Made by a program: the position numbers and the translations under genes | Shown here: positions 26,272-38,451 of the stretch, one piece after another | Layout: each line of letters begins with the position of its first letter | Position numbering within the stretch: the stretch's first letter is position 1 | The notes under the pieces: generated by a model | The model's database searches: none | What the model saw: the letters and a program-made list of their open reading frames with translations, nothing else | What the model was told of the DNA's origin: nothing | From: Spironucleus salmonicida | Lineage: Eukaryota | Assembly: GCF_000497125.1 (NCBI RefSeq) | Contig: NC_090597.1 | Location: forward strand, 1,437,797 to 1,501,796 | DNA: 64,000 bases | Reading direction: 5' to 3'

Positions 26272-28824
26272 TCATAGGAAGCAATTTCCGCTGACTATAT
26301 CATTTGCACCAGTACATATAATACTGGTCTTGATCTGGTCGGCTTGTACACTACCACCGTTCTAAGATGTAACAACTGTGCATATTCGCCTGTTAAGTCC
26401 GGCTTAAATACAGTATTTGCTCAAACAGAATCTGCTTGCACAATTATTCACTGGTATTTAGAGTTTATCCACAGTTATAGAAGGAATAGAAACAGAGTTT
26501 TGGATGGTAATATTTTTAGTGATAAATTGGTTACAAGTTGCTGAAGTATGTGTTGAATTACCACCTTAAAACATTGAAGGAGCTAAAATGTTGGCGGTCG
26601 CAATATTTTAAGCTGTTGCAGTACCTGTAAAGGTTGTCGTTGGAGCTGAAGTTGACAGTGAAGTTGCAATTATATCAAGAGATAAAGAGGTTGAAATGTT
26701 AGTCGAATTCATTGTCAGAAAACTGTGAACAGTAAGAGGTACAAAAGATACTATTCCGATAGAATTAATATTAAATAACGGAGTCGCTGCTTAAATAACA
26801 GTAGTATTTGAAGCTGTTGTTAAGGTTTAAACCTCCGTGGACTAAGCAGTTATATTAGTTCCAGTTAAAGAATTAGCTGTTATCGAACCAGCAATAGTGA
26901 AAGATGGCATGGAAACACTACATCCAGCACATTACACATTCGTAAACTAAGCATTGGCTGATGTGAAAGTTTGAGAGTTAGCTGTTTATAAATTCGTAGT
27001 AGCGTTAACTGTAAAATCTAAGCCTCTGAAATTGAGTTAAGGTAGATTTAATGGCACTTGGGATGTTGTAGAAATTGTAGAAATTCCATTAACAAATTGT
27101 ACCTGATTTTGTACTGTTAATTATTGTTAAATAGTAACTGGAAGAGTAAGAGTTACTTCATTAGTAATAGACAATGAATTTGTGATTGACAGTGATTGTG
27201 GTAAAGTTAAAGTGTTGCTGGTGAAATCTTAAATATTTGATAGTTAAGTTGTTGCTGTCGTGGAAGTAAAGTCTTAACAAGCTATTGGGTTAATTGCAGT
27301 AATAGTTGTTAGAGTTGAAGTTTAAGTACTTATATCATTAGTTGTAAGTGTCGTAAAATTAATATTCTGTTGATCTAGACCAAATAACTGTACGTTTTAA
27401 CTAAATTCTAAAGTTTAGTTGAAAGTGAATGAGTTAACGTTCAAAGTATTAACATTTAGCGTATCAACAGTCAAATTATCCACATTGAACAGATTTAATA
27501 CCCCTTCAGTCTAATTTAATGTTCCAATGACACTAGATTGATAGGATCCATCACTTGATGTTAAATTCTAGCCATATAACTATTGTGTATATACGGAAAA
27601 TTGTGAGTTAATTGGTAAGCCTAATTTTTAGAGTTGGTTCTATTTCTAAGTTACTTAAACAGAATTGATAAATTGGTTGATATCAGCTTCAGATTGAACA
27701 GATGGAATTCCTAGAAACATTTATCCTCGAACACTCATATTGTTAATAATTGCTGTTGCTGTTATTTAATGGGTTAAATAACTAGCTAAAACTACGTCAA
27801 TTATAAAAAATATTATAATAAATGCTAATAATAATATAACACATGGGCCCATCTCGATTGTATTATAAGTTTTTCCCTTTTGTCTTATTGGCTCATTGTA
27901 TTATGTATTAACTAGTGGCGTTTAAACACTTTCATAACTATTCTCACTATATTCTGATTCAAAAGTCTATTACTAATATTATTATATTGGATATATAACC
28001 GCTGGTTATATTTCTTAATACTTTTAATTTACCATATTTTGAACACCAAAATCTGCATACTTCAGATTGAAATAACAAGCAAATTCAATTTTTCCCGCTC
28101 TTTACACACAACTTCCATCATCTTTCAACCATTCTAATGCCTTACTAGATTTTAAAAACGTAAGATCACTAATCTCCAATTATTTTTATATTTTTTCAAT
28201 AGCTGAAAGTGCGAAAAAGTTTTGTGATTTTGAAAAAAAATCTGAAAAAAGTTGAAAAACATATTAATTCATTGAAAAAGCTGTTAAAAATGCAAAATTT
28301 TCATTACAAATTGCAGTCCGAAGAGGTAATGATTCCTAAGGACTGAACACAGATATTATAGGAGGTTTAATTAGTTTAAGTTAATTTTAACATTTCTAAC
28401 AAGATTTTTAAACTGGAATACCGACTTTATGAGTCAAAAGCAATGATTCCTAAGATTAACAAGATGGACAGGCATATATCCCTAAAAAGAAAAAGCTGAT
28501 TAGTTCAGGTGGAATGGTTGAGATTACTGTTGAAAAATTAGTTATTAACTAGGTTTAAATATTCATCGGAACTAGCTACTATAAAATATTGACATCTAAA
28601 GATTAATTATCTTAGGTTAATAAAAGTAATTTAATCCATTCCTATTAGCATAAATTTTGTGTCTGAATATTCTATATATTAAATTTTGTTATTTTTATTG
28701 CCGTGGACAATAGTCGAATAACACCAGTAATCAAACCATAGTTATCATTAAGTATTTTGTATGTAGATGCTGCAATATAATTGGTTTGATCTAATATCTT
28801 AGGTTTACCAAATAAATTTTCCAT
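26272..28824 (-). CDS. Single-pass membrane protein: N-terminal CxxC..CxxC domain, TM helix, long Thr/Ser/Asn-rich beta-repeat region (850 aa; may be two genes, second ATG at 28035)
   Basis: Translated codon by codon with no TGA from 28824 to 26274; YACPSC-x19-CQKC; TM VILLLAFIIIFFIIDVVLA (~27781-27840); repeats such as DNLTVDTLNVNTLNVNSFTF. Confidence 0.75.
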
Positions 28825-28936
28825 TTTATTAAATTTTAGAATACAATTATGTGATTATATATAATTTAAATAAATATAATGAAATTATATACTTAACACT
28901 ATAATAAAATACTACAATAACTATTAAACTTCACTA

Positions 28937-29803
28937 ATGCCGTTAGATAACCATTATGATAAAATAAAATAGACACAAAAATAAATCATAAATAACTTAA
29001 AATTAGCAGATTCAGCAAGGTTATAATCCCTTTCTACTGATTTTAAAATATAAAATACGTTAAATACAGCTTAGAACCAATATAAAGCACTACTACATCG
29101 TACCCAAACAGTTTTAGCTAGGAAAGAAAAATTATCTAGAAGACATTTAGAAATATTAGATGATGAGCGAGAAAGATGCCAGACACAACCAACAGGGGAA
29201 TCTGAGTTTAATTAATTATTTCCAGACGAGTTTGTAGGAGATTCAAAATTAATAAGGTAAAAAGAAAAAGATTTTTACAGTAACTAATAATCTAAAAAAT
29301 AATTACAAAAAACATCAGAATATGAATAACTTCTAAAGAATATTAAGTCATCTGATGGTAAATTATATGAATCCTATGTTAAAAAACGCAATACTTAAAA
29401 GTATACTCATTATTCAGATTTTCTAATCGATATGGATCAACTATCTGTTATTGATTAGATTAACACAACCAAATAGGTTAATATCTCATAAATAGAAGTT
29501 TGTACTTAACGCCGGGATCGATTAGCAGAGTTGACCAAACTTTAGCCTTAGAATAAAACTTTTTATAGAGCTGAAACTGAATCACCATAGTGCCGTGAAA
29601 TGTCTTAATAAGAAATTTTCAAAGCAGCTTCAAAGCTTTAATTATTTTTCCAGCTAACTGGATTTTTTAATAAACTAAAATAAGAAACGATTAATTACTT
29701 AAAACAAGACGAAAATACTTAGTAACGCCAAAATGTAAGTAAATATTAAAGCCACCTTAGAATGATGCGTTTTCTGGAAGACTATTAAAATGTACCAGGA
29801 TTG
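28937..29803 (+). CDS. Hypothetical protein (288 aa)
   Basis: ATG 28937 to TGA 29801-29803 in one frame; charged, helical. Confidence 0.7.
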
Positions 29804-29840
29804 AAACCACGAAAATGAAATTTTAATTACATTTTTCACT

Positions 29841-30419
29841 TCATAAATCATAGTCTGGCCATGCTCTTTAGTTTCCAACACTAAGTTATTTCAACATGGC
29901 CCGGCGCACGTTTTCTATTGTTTTACATGCAGGAATAAGACCCCTATGAGCCATCATATATTCTAATTACTCACCTTTCAGCTTATCACCTACTGTTGTA
30001 ATAAGTATTTTTCGGATTTAAATATTTGTAAATTGCTGCTTACAAAGTTCTTCAATACGTCCACGAGTCATGGCACTCATTTTAAGTTGTTTAAGGTCTG
30101 CTAAGGCACCTGGAAAGTGACCAGAATGAGAAGTAGCACAAACAAGTTTCCAACCATTTGACTCTAAACGGCATACAACTTGATGACCACAAGTCTTGTT
30201 TCTGCATTATAATATTGCTTACCTCTGCCCAGATTTAGATGTGAATTGAGTGCGTATTTTGTAGTGTACGCAATTTTGAATAAGCTGCGTTTGAATCCAC
30301 TCTGATAACATCTAGTCTGCTGTTATCGCAGTAGATGGTAGAAATTAAGGGAAGGCTACTGGGAAAAGGATATCAGGATCTGGATTATCAAAAACTGAAT
30401 GCAATGTTTTTGGTTCCAT
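29841..30419 (-). CDS. Zn-finger protein resembling the WRKY/FAR1/MuDR DNA-binding module plus an HTH-like segment (192 aa)
   Basis: CRNKTC-x20-HSGH with a W before the His pair, followed by RIEELCKQQFTNIQIRKIL and PACKTIENVRR. Confidence 0.65.
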
Positions 30420-30519
30420 TTAAATTATTGCACAATACCAATATAATAAATGCTTGGAAATATTTTTAGATTCATATCAAATATAATAATATTATGTAAA
30501 ATAAAATGGTTTATCTTTA

Positions 30520-31364
30520 ATGACAACCCTACTAGACTCAATCGGCAACACGCCCCTGGTGAGGCTGCAACGGCTGAACACGCGTGGTAGGGTCTTCGTG
30601 AAGCTGGAGCTCAAGAACCCCGGCCGTTCTGTGAAAGACCGTGCGACGAAGTTTATGCTGCTGGACATGGTGGCGAAGGGCCAGATCACCGACGGCACGC
30701 GGATCGTGGAGCCCACCTCAGGAAACACCGGTATCGGGCTCGCGATGTGCTGCTCAGCGCTGAACATCCCCTTCGTGTGCATCATGCCAGCCTCGATGTC
30801 CATGGAGCGCCGCCTCATTATCAAGGCCTACGGAGCCGAGCTGATTTTGGTATCCACCAACCTGGGCATGCGCGGCTGCATCGAGAAGGCCAACGCGATG
30901 GCGGCGGCGGACCCCAACGTAATCATCCCCCAGCAGTTCCAGAACATCAACAACCGCCGCGCACACGAGCTCACCACTGGGCCCGAGATCCGGCGCCAGT
31001 GCCAGGAGTACGATATCCACCCCGCGTACTTCGTGTGCGGCTACGGCACCGGTGGCACGATATCGGGGGTCAGCGCGGTGCTCAAGAAGGCATACCCGGA
31101 GCTGAGGACAGTCGCGGTGGAGCCCGCCACCTCCGCCCTGCTCTCCGGTAATCGCCCCGGGAAGCATGGCATCCAAGGAATAGGCCCAGGATTTAAGGCA
31201 GAACTTGTCGACACCTCACTTATCGACGAAGTAACCACGATCACCACTGGAGTAGCTATAAAATATTGTCAGCTCCTAGCTTAAAAAGAAGGAATAATGG
31301 GAGGGATATCATCCGGCGCAAACGTTTGCGCTGCTATCAAATACGCAGATTAGTTTAACTGTGA
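30520..31364 (+). repeat. 845-bp direct repeat, apparently identical to 37341-38185
   Basis: Identical track translations in all frames and identical sequence by eye from ATG to ...TTTAACTGTGA; offset 6821 bp. Confidence 0.9.
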
Positions 31365-31485
31365 TGTTATAACTGTTATTTCTGATACAGGCGAACGTTA
31401 TATTTCAGTTGATGGTTTATTTGACGGTAAAGAGGTTGAAATAGAGCAAATTTATGGAGGCCCGTTATTAGAACTAAGTGATTGA
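30520..31485 (+). CDS. cysK: Cysteine synthase (O-acetylserine sulfhydrylase), copy 1 (321 aa)
   Basis: IGNTPLVRL, KLELKNPGRSVKDR (PLP lysine), EPTSGNTG, GYGTGGT, HGIQGIG; reads through TAA 31282 into EGIMGGISSGAN..SDTGERYIS to TGA 31483-31485. Confidence 0.95.
31477..31485 (+). promoter_or_regulatory. AGTGA putative polyadenylation signal abutting the stop codon (example of a window-wide pattern)
   Basis: AGTGATTGA ends both cysK copies despite otherwise divergent 3' ends; AGTGA overlaps the stop in at least 10 other genes here. Confidence 0.6.
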
Positions 31486-31493
31486 AAACGATA

Positions 31494-33179
31494 TCATTAA
31501 TGATCCTCAATAAGTCCATGTGATTCTCCATATTTGGGAGCACCCTTTTTCCAAGACATTTTCTTCATAGACTAATAAGTAAAGAAGTTTTTTTCACGCA
31601 CATTTATATCCTCTACATAAATATCATTCCCAAAAGCATAATCTTCTATCTATTTTGTCTTAATTTTCTGAATAAGTTCATCCATCTATAGTTCTTCTGG
31701 CAAATAATGTTTCAAGAAACATTTTTAAGTAAAGCGATCAATCTTTTTGAAAAATCTTTTTATCTTTAAGTTTTTTCCTAAACTTAACTTGATCACATTT
31801 TATATAATGTTTAAAGGACTTTAAAGAATTTAAGTTCCAACTGTGAGTTCTTATTCAAGTTTTACGCTCATTTTTAAAATTAAAGATCTCATGCTCAATC
31901 CGTAAACGAGAATTGTTACAGTGATCATGATACTTGTTGCAAACTGAACTGTATTTGCAACTTATTTATCTTACATTTCTTCTGCCATAGATTTACTCAG
32001 AGCGAAAGCTATTGCCCCACGAAGACCACACCAAGTTAAAATTACTTGCTCCTAAGCATTAATTTGTAAACTTAATGGTTTTCTTCTTAGGTTTAAAATT
32101 GCAGTCTAAAATATCACGCAGACTGCTCTGGCTAAGAAAGCAATAAATGGTAGGGTAAAAGCTACAGTAAAATCAATTTTTTGAGATGAAAAACCTACAA
32201 AAATAAGCTAACTTCCCATATCAAGGAATACTAGATTCTCAAATGTCTAAGCAAGCGCATGAATAAATGATTTGAATGCTTGAATAGACTGCACTTAACA
32301 GTTAAAATCGACATAACGAGACATTACTAGTGCAGATGTCATTATGGCTATTATACCAGAAAAAAGCAAAGCATCTGCTAATACATAAGATAGGAGGCAT
32401 GAAATTAGTAAAAGCATTGGTTCTAATTACTATTTTTTATAAGTAAATTTCGTTAAAAATGAACATAAAAATGTAATTACCAACCCGGTTAGTACTGCAC
32501 CTAATACATTGATAAGAAATTTAGCAATACCTAGACCAACAATACTAAATATTGAGTGACCCCCTTATGTTAATGAATCAATTGACTTAGTTAAATTATA
32601 TAAAACAATTGCAACACCGTCGTTTATAGTAGCCTCCCCAAAAGCCATAATATACAGATTTTCATTAACATGTAATTATTCCATGATAGCTATAACAGAA
32701 ACAGGATCAACTGCAGATAGTAAGGAAGCATATGATAATAATTACGCTAATGTAAAATTAGTAATAGAAATAGCCTATAATGCATATAAAAAACCTGCTA
32801 TGATTGCAGCATTACATACAGTCCCTACTATAGCATACATTAATATTTCTCTAATATTTTAAAAGAAAGCTGATTTATTCAAAAAATATGTAGCGTCAAA
32901 AATAATTATAGGTACAAACACAAACAGAATTATTTCTGGGGATACTTCTAGCAAAGACTTTACAGATTAGAGACCTGGGATAAATTAGCTTATAAGTCCT
33001 ACAATGACTCCAATGAAAATTAATAGAATAGATTCTGGAACATACACTTTCATCTTAGAAGATGAATAAAATACTCTTATTAAGCATAAACATGTAACAT
33101 ATATTGATAAAAAAAGTACTTCTTGCGAAACTGCACTAAGATGAAATCCAAATACTTAAAAGGCTTAATGTTCCGTCAT
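31494..33179 (-). CDS. Na+/H+ exchanger, CPA1/NHE family (561 aa)
   Basis: [54 protein letters not shown]; multiple TM helices. Confidence 0.92.
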
Positions 33180-33524
33180 TTTAATTACTAAAGATATTAT
33201 TAATATAATAAATAATATACTTCAAAAAATAAGCATTCATATGATTAGTTAATGTTGATTTATATTGAGAATGCATAAACAGCAAAATATATATATATTA
33301 AGTAAGTAAATTATTAAATCAATCGTTTTTAATATCTTTATTTTCCTAATAAACTTCTCTTTCTCTAGTGCAATATTTTATACCAAGCACTATGATTATT
33401 ACTATACACATTAGTACAAAATTCATGACTACAAACTAGCCTTCAGTAAATTACGATATAAATGACATTCAAATTATTTATGTATACATATTTATAATAT
33501 AATAATTTTATACGACCAGTTTTA

Positions 33525-35432
33525 ATGGAGTATGTAAATATTTCATAATCTGATCTCCATTTTCCAAAAGTATCCATTCATTTATACGATTCGATTTAAT
33601 TACCATTTATGATTTAAACAATTTCATTAAAATATGATCAAACTCATAAAGTTTTGGGAATTCTTTCCCAATTCATCCTTACAGATGCAGCGTGCTCAAT
33701 TTATTCTTTAAACATTGGTATACCGTAGCCATGGCGTAATAAAGCCTCTAAAAACGTAAAAACGTAGTAAATATTTCTAAAGTCTATTCACCTGGCTACT
33801 GATGAGAAGCCATCCTTGTTTTCATGGGAGTGCTTCTGTTTTGATGGTGAAGAACGAGATATCACGGAATCGTAGTTTTTTGCTATGATTCCTTTCAATA
33901 GCGTTTAATTACGTGCAATTTCAAAGGGTAGTAGTGTCTCTGGTGACGAAGCGATTGTAAACTTTTAATCTGAAAGTAACAATTTTCAAAGTTTGGTTTT
34001 TACTTCTTTCAATTAATTTTTCTCAAATTTTTCAAACTTTTTCACTGAAATTTGCCCTGTAAAAACTGATATTTACAGTTTGGTTTACCGTCGCTTTTCG
34101 CTGCAGAACTCGCTTTTGCGTCATCGAAATCTTTTCTTTGCAAATGAGATTTTCGTAGATTTCGATTAAGTGGAAGAACGAGTAGATACTTATTTAGCAA
34201 GGAAAAACTTAATTTTCCCGTCTAAATTTCTGAATTCTACAGTAGAAGATGCACGAAATCGATTTGATAAAAATGCAAAAATAGGGTGTTTCATTGGATC
34301 ATTCTCTAGCTAAAGTGTTATATAAATTGCTTTAGGCACAGTAAATTACTAAGGATGCTTTATAAAAAGTACTAATGATGGTGAAATATAAAATATTTAA
34401 TATGCAAAAGGATTATAGCCATACAAAAATGGCGAGCGTAAATTATGTTAAATTATGGTTGTTATATTCATTTATTGCTGTTTTGATAGTCAAAGCAGCC
34501 TTAGCTAATCTTAAGTTAACTGTTAAAAAGCACGTAACTGTGATTTTCTTATGAGACATTTTACATATCTATCTCAAGCATTTTCTGGAAACGTAACCTA
34601 AGAACCTCAATAGAAGCAGGATAAATCAAACTGCAAATTATAGCTTTTTAGACCAGTGTTCTGTAGCCTATATGGTGGGTTACGCTTTTGCGTTAAAAAT
34701 AGTAAAAAGGATGTTTGTATTACATTTCCTAGTTTTAAGAGAATTAAATTACCTGAAATACGCTTTCCAGTACATTTAAGTTAATCAGTCGCTTAGGCAT
34801 AATTTTCAGTTAACTGGTTTGTAAAATAACGTGGAATAGTTAGTGAAAAGAACAAAATCTGGTAAATAAGTATTTAATAATTAAAGGTTTTTTCTTCTGT
34901 TTAACTCGACTTCTTTGTTGAAAATTTCACTTTTTAAACTCATAAAAATTAGGAGAGACTAGTAAACTCGTTTGAAATAATGTAAGTTTTACCATATTAA
35001 TTATTATGCTTAATGTGTAATAAAGAATTGAATTTATTATCAAAGTAATAAATCACGTAAAAAAGCACATTTCTTACAGATTTAGAGCCACATAAATCAA
35101 TTTCCAGTTATAGTGTAACTGAATCTGAATTTTTATAGTAGAATTTTTCAGATTTCTTAGACTTAAATATCAAAACGCATTTTGGATAAACTAATGCTTG
35201 CGTTAATTTTTATCAATTAATAATGAAGTCATTTATAAGAAAAATTGATCAAAATGATCCTGAAAATAAAATTTTGATACAAAACTTAAAGATCTAGCTT
35301 TTACGAGTGTAGTCATAGAATTTCTTCCAAATGAATGCTAAAAATAGTTCTAATATAATCAAAAATTTAGAGTAAATTGGAATATTTGGTATTACAGAAG
35401 ATTTTTAAGAGCTAGATATAGTGGGTGAATGA
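33525..35432 (+). CDS. Hypothetical protein (635 aa)
   Basis: ATG 33525 to GAA TGA 35430-35432 in one frame; globular-looking composition, no family recognised. Confidence 0.65.
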
Positions 35433-35752
35433 ATGTTTATAAATTTGTAATTGAATTTATTGACTATGTGGTATACTAGTGTTTGATTATGTAGTAATAA
35501 TATTATTTGAACTTAAATTATATAAAATGCAAGATATTATTTTCATCAATAATAGAGGATATAATATTAAATAATATATCTAGGGGATTATTAAATTATT
35601 TAGAATATGAGAATCAAGAATCTATTAACGATCACTATAAAAATACCATATAGTATATAATTAGTATTTAATAGTCATCATATAAATATTTAATTATATT
35701 TTAATTTATTTGAAATAAATACCATACATGGTAAATATTATTCATAGGTTCA

Positions 35753-37024
35753 TCATTAGCTATCATCAAGAACATCATCTGTTAAATCCCACCGACTCAG
35801 TGAATCATCAAGATTCATTATTTTTAATTCAATTAGTTGAAATTTGTCGTCAAATATCAGAGAAATTGCATTTTTATATTATTGATTTAAACATGTGTAC
35901 AAAACGCATGGAAATGATGTTTCATCTGACCCACAAATTTGACATTTCTTAAATTTTCCCTCAAATGGCAGAGTATGTATGCAAGTTCTTGTTCTGCATG
36001 GGTTTAAATAATGTGCCTTAGTATCTGGATTAATTAACGAAATAGAGTAAAACTCTTGATTTTAAATAATACTATTTTAGAAAGGATAAGTAAGATTATA
36101 ATTCAACTATTAACTTATGCAAAAAACTTAGAAAATACCCGAAATGCCATTAATATCCTGTATATTAACAATTTTGTCTTTTATTAAACCTATATAAATT
36201 TCATCCTAAAACCCTAGTTTTAACAACTCATCATTAGATATTTTCATATGGAAAACGTAATTCTGAGAAGAGAATCCTTTTCGGAGCTCGATATTCAAAT
36301 CATTAATATCGATTTTTTCAATATTTTATGCAAAAAAAGTTTACGTTGAGTATGTTGCGTTCCCATTACCTATGAAAAATTCGTATTAAAATAATCTATC
36401 AGTTCTTATTAGATTTAAAAAATCATCTCTCACGAGACCACGAACTAGCTACCGTGTTATTAGTTCTTGAATCACAAATTAAGAATTAAAAATTGGAATT
36501 AGATTAATTTTGTCTATTCGTTATTTTTAAATTTAATAATTACAATCAAATATAAAATTAGAAGGGAATTTGTCGTAAACATGGAAATTTAAGAAGTCTG
36601 GAGTTTACTGTTGTTGTATAATGAATTTTGCAATTTGTTGGCAAATTATAGGCAACTTAACAGAAAAATCAGGCTTATTGGCAAGTAATTTCCCCCACGA
36701 AATCTTATCTGTTTCAGAAACCTTTTCCCCATCGAAAATTGCATCAAATCCGAGTCTTTCTAGTGTTTATATGTTGGATAAGATAGTAATCTGAATAGTA
36801 AGTTTTTGATTAGAAAATTCGATTTTTTAATCCTTTAGGAGCGATATTTTTCTTGATATTTCAACATATAATTTAGATTTTGGGGCAGATTTTGGAAGAG
36901 GCTTGTCATTTGATAAAACAGAGAAAATATAATCTAAAATTTGCAGTTATTGGTGTTCTAGCTTATATTTTGTTGATAATAGATTTGTAACTTTATCGAA
37001 AAAGAATGGGATGTATAATTCCAT
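35753..37024 (-). CDS. Protein with C-terminal SP-RING (MIZ)-like zinc finger, possible SUMO E3 ligase (423 aa)
   Basis: SISLINPDTKAHYLNPCRTRTCIHTLPFEGKFKKCQICG resembles SL.CP.....I..P.R...C.H..CFD...CP.C; acidic C-terminus. Confidence 0.65.
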
Positions 37025-37340
37025 TTTAATAACTTACTAATAATTTGTATGTAATAATTATAATATAATATAAATAAACAATATGATATTAAATTCTATA
37101 ATAAATATTATGTAGTATTTCAAAGTAAAGTATATTAGATATATACTAATTATCTGTTGATGTTAGTTTTAGAAAATTCCAAAAATGTTTTTTAAAGTAT
37201 TTATCGACGCATATTTATAGTGTTGTTTATACTAAATAATTAAATATTTTTGAATGAATTTAAAGTAGGATAGATTTTGCCAAATCACAATTAAACAAAA
37301 CATAGAGATTAATTAGTGATTTTATATAGCACAAATCTAA

Positions 37341-38185
37341 ATGACAACCCTACTAGACTCAATCGGCAACACGCCCCTGGTGAGGCTGCAACGGCTGAAC
37401 ACGCGTGGTAGGGTCTTCGTGAAGCTGGAGCTCAAGAACCCCGGCCGTTCTGTGAAAGACCGTGCGACGAAGTTTATGCTGCTGGACATGGTGGCGAAGG
37501 GCCAGATCACCGACGGCACGCGGATCGTGGAGCCCACCTCAGGAAACACCGGTATCGGGCTCGCGATGTGCTGCTCAGCGCTGAACATCCCCTTCGTGTG
37601 CATCATGCCAGCCTCGATGTCCATGGAGCGCCGCCTCATTATCAAGGCCTACGGAGCCGAGCTGATTTTGGTATCCACCAACCTGGGCATGCGCGGCTGC
37701 ATCGAGAAGGCCAACGCGATGGCGGCGGCGGACCCCAACGTAATCATCCCCCAGCAGTTCCAGAACATCAACAACCGCCGCGCACACGAGCTCACCACTG
37801 GGCCCGAGATCCGGCGCCAGTGCCAGGAGTACGATATCCACCCCGCGTACTTCGTGTGCGGCTACGGCACCGGTGGCACGATATCGGGGGTCAGCGCGGT
37901 GCTCAAGAAGGCATACCCGGAGCTGAGGACAGTCGCGGTGGAGCCCGCCACCTCCGCCCTGCTCTCCGGTAATCGCCCCGGGAAGCATGGCATCCAAGGA
38001 ATAGGCCCAGGATTTAAGGCAGAACTTGTCGACACCTCACTTATCGACGAAGTAACCACGATCACCACTGGAGTAGCTATAAAATATTGTCAGCTCCTAG
38101 CTTAAAAAGAAGGAATAATGGGAGGGATATCATCCGGCGCAAACGTTTGCGCTGCTATCAAATACGCAGATTAGTTTAACTGTGA
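37341..38185 (+). repeat. Second copy of the 845-bp direct repeat
   Basis: Matches 30520-31364. Confidence 0.9.
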
Positions 38186-38309
38186 CGTCATAACCATTAT
38201 AAATGATACTGGTGATCGATATCTATCAGTTGACTTCATGTATGACGATAAAGATTAAACTCCAATTGAAATCTAGCCAGATGGCGTGCTTTTAGAATTC
38301 AGTGATTGA
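37341..38309 (+). CDS. cysK: Cysteine synthase, copy 2 (322 aa)
   Basis: Same motifs as copy 1; divergent C-terminus VITIINDTGDRYLSVDFMYDD...LEFSD*; TGA 38307-38309. Confidence 0.95.
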
Positions 38310-38451
38310 TATTTGTGAATTTAAAAACATATTTTAGGTTATCATTAATATTTATTAACAAAAATTAATCATTTTTAAACTATAACTAACGCGGATTAAA
38401 TATATGAATCAATCATTATTAACAATATTAGTGAGAAATTATTCTATAAAA

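Noticed and set aside
30520..31175. Bacterial contamination or chimeric assembly of the GC-rich segment
   Set aside because: It is in frame with tails that use TAA/TAG as Gln and the AGTGA ending, at two loci with host-type flanks.
30492..31247. Overlapping alternative-frame and antisense track ORFs in cysK (also 37337-38068)
   Set aside because: By-products of high GC3 in the real cysK frame; no independent motifs.
31282..31284. cysK, galM, XRN2 and others as nonsense-mutated pseudogenes
   Set aside because: Conserved motifs continue past each TAA/TAG; these codons are Gln.
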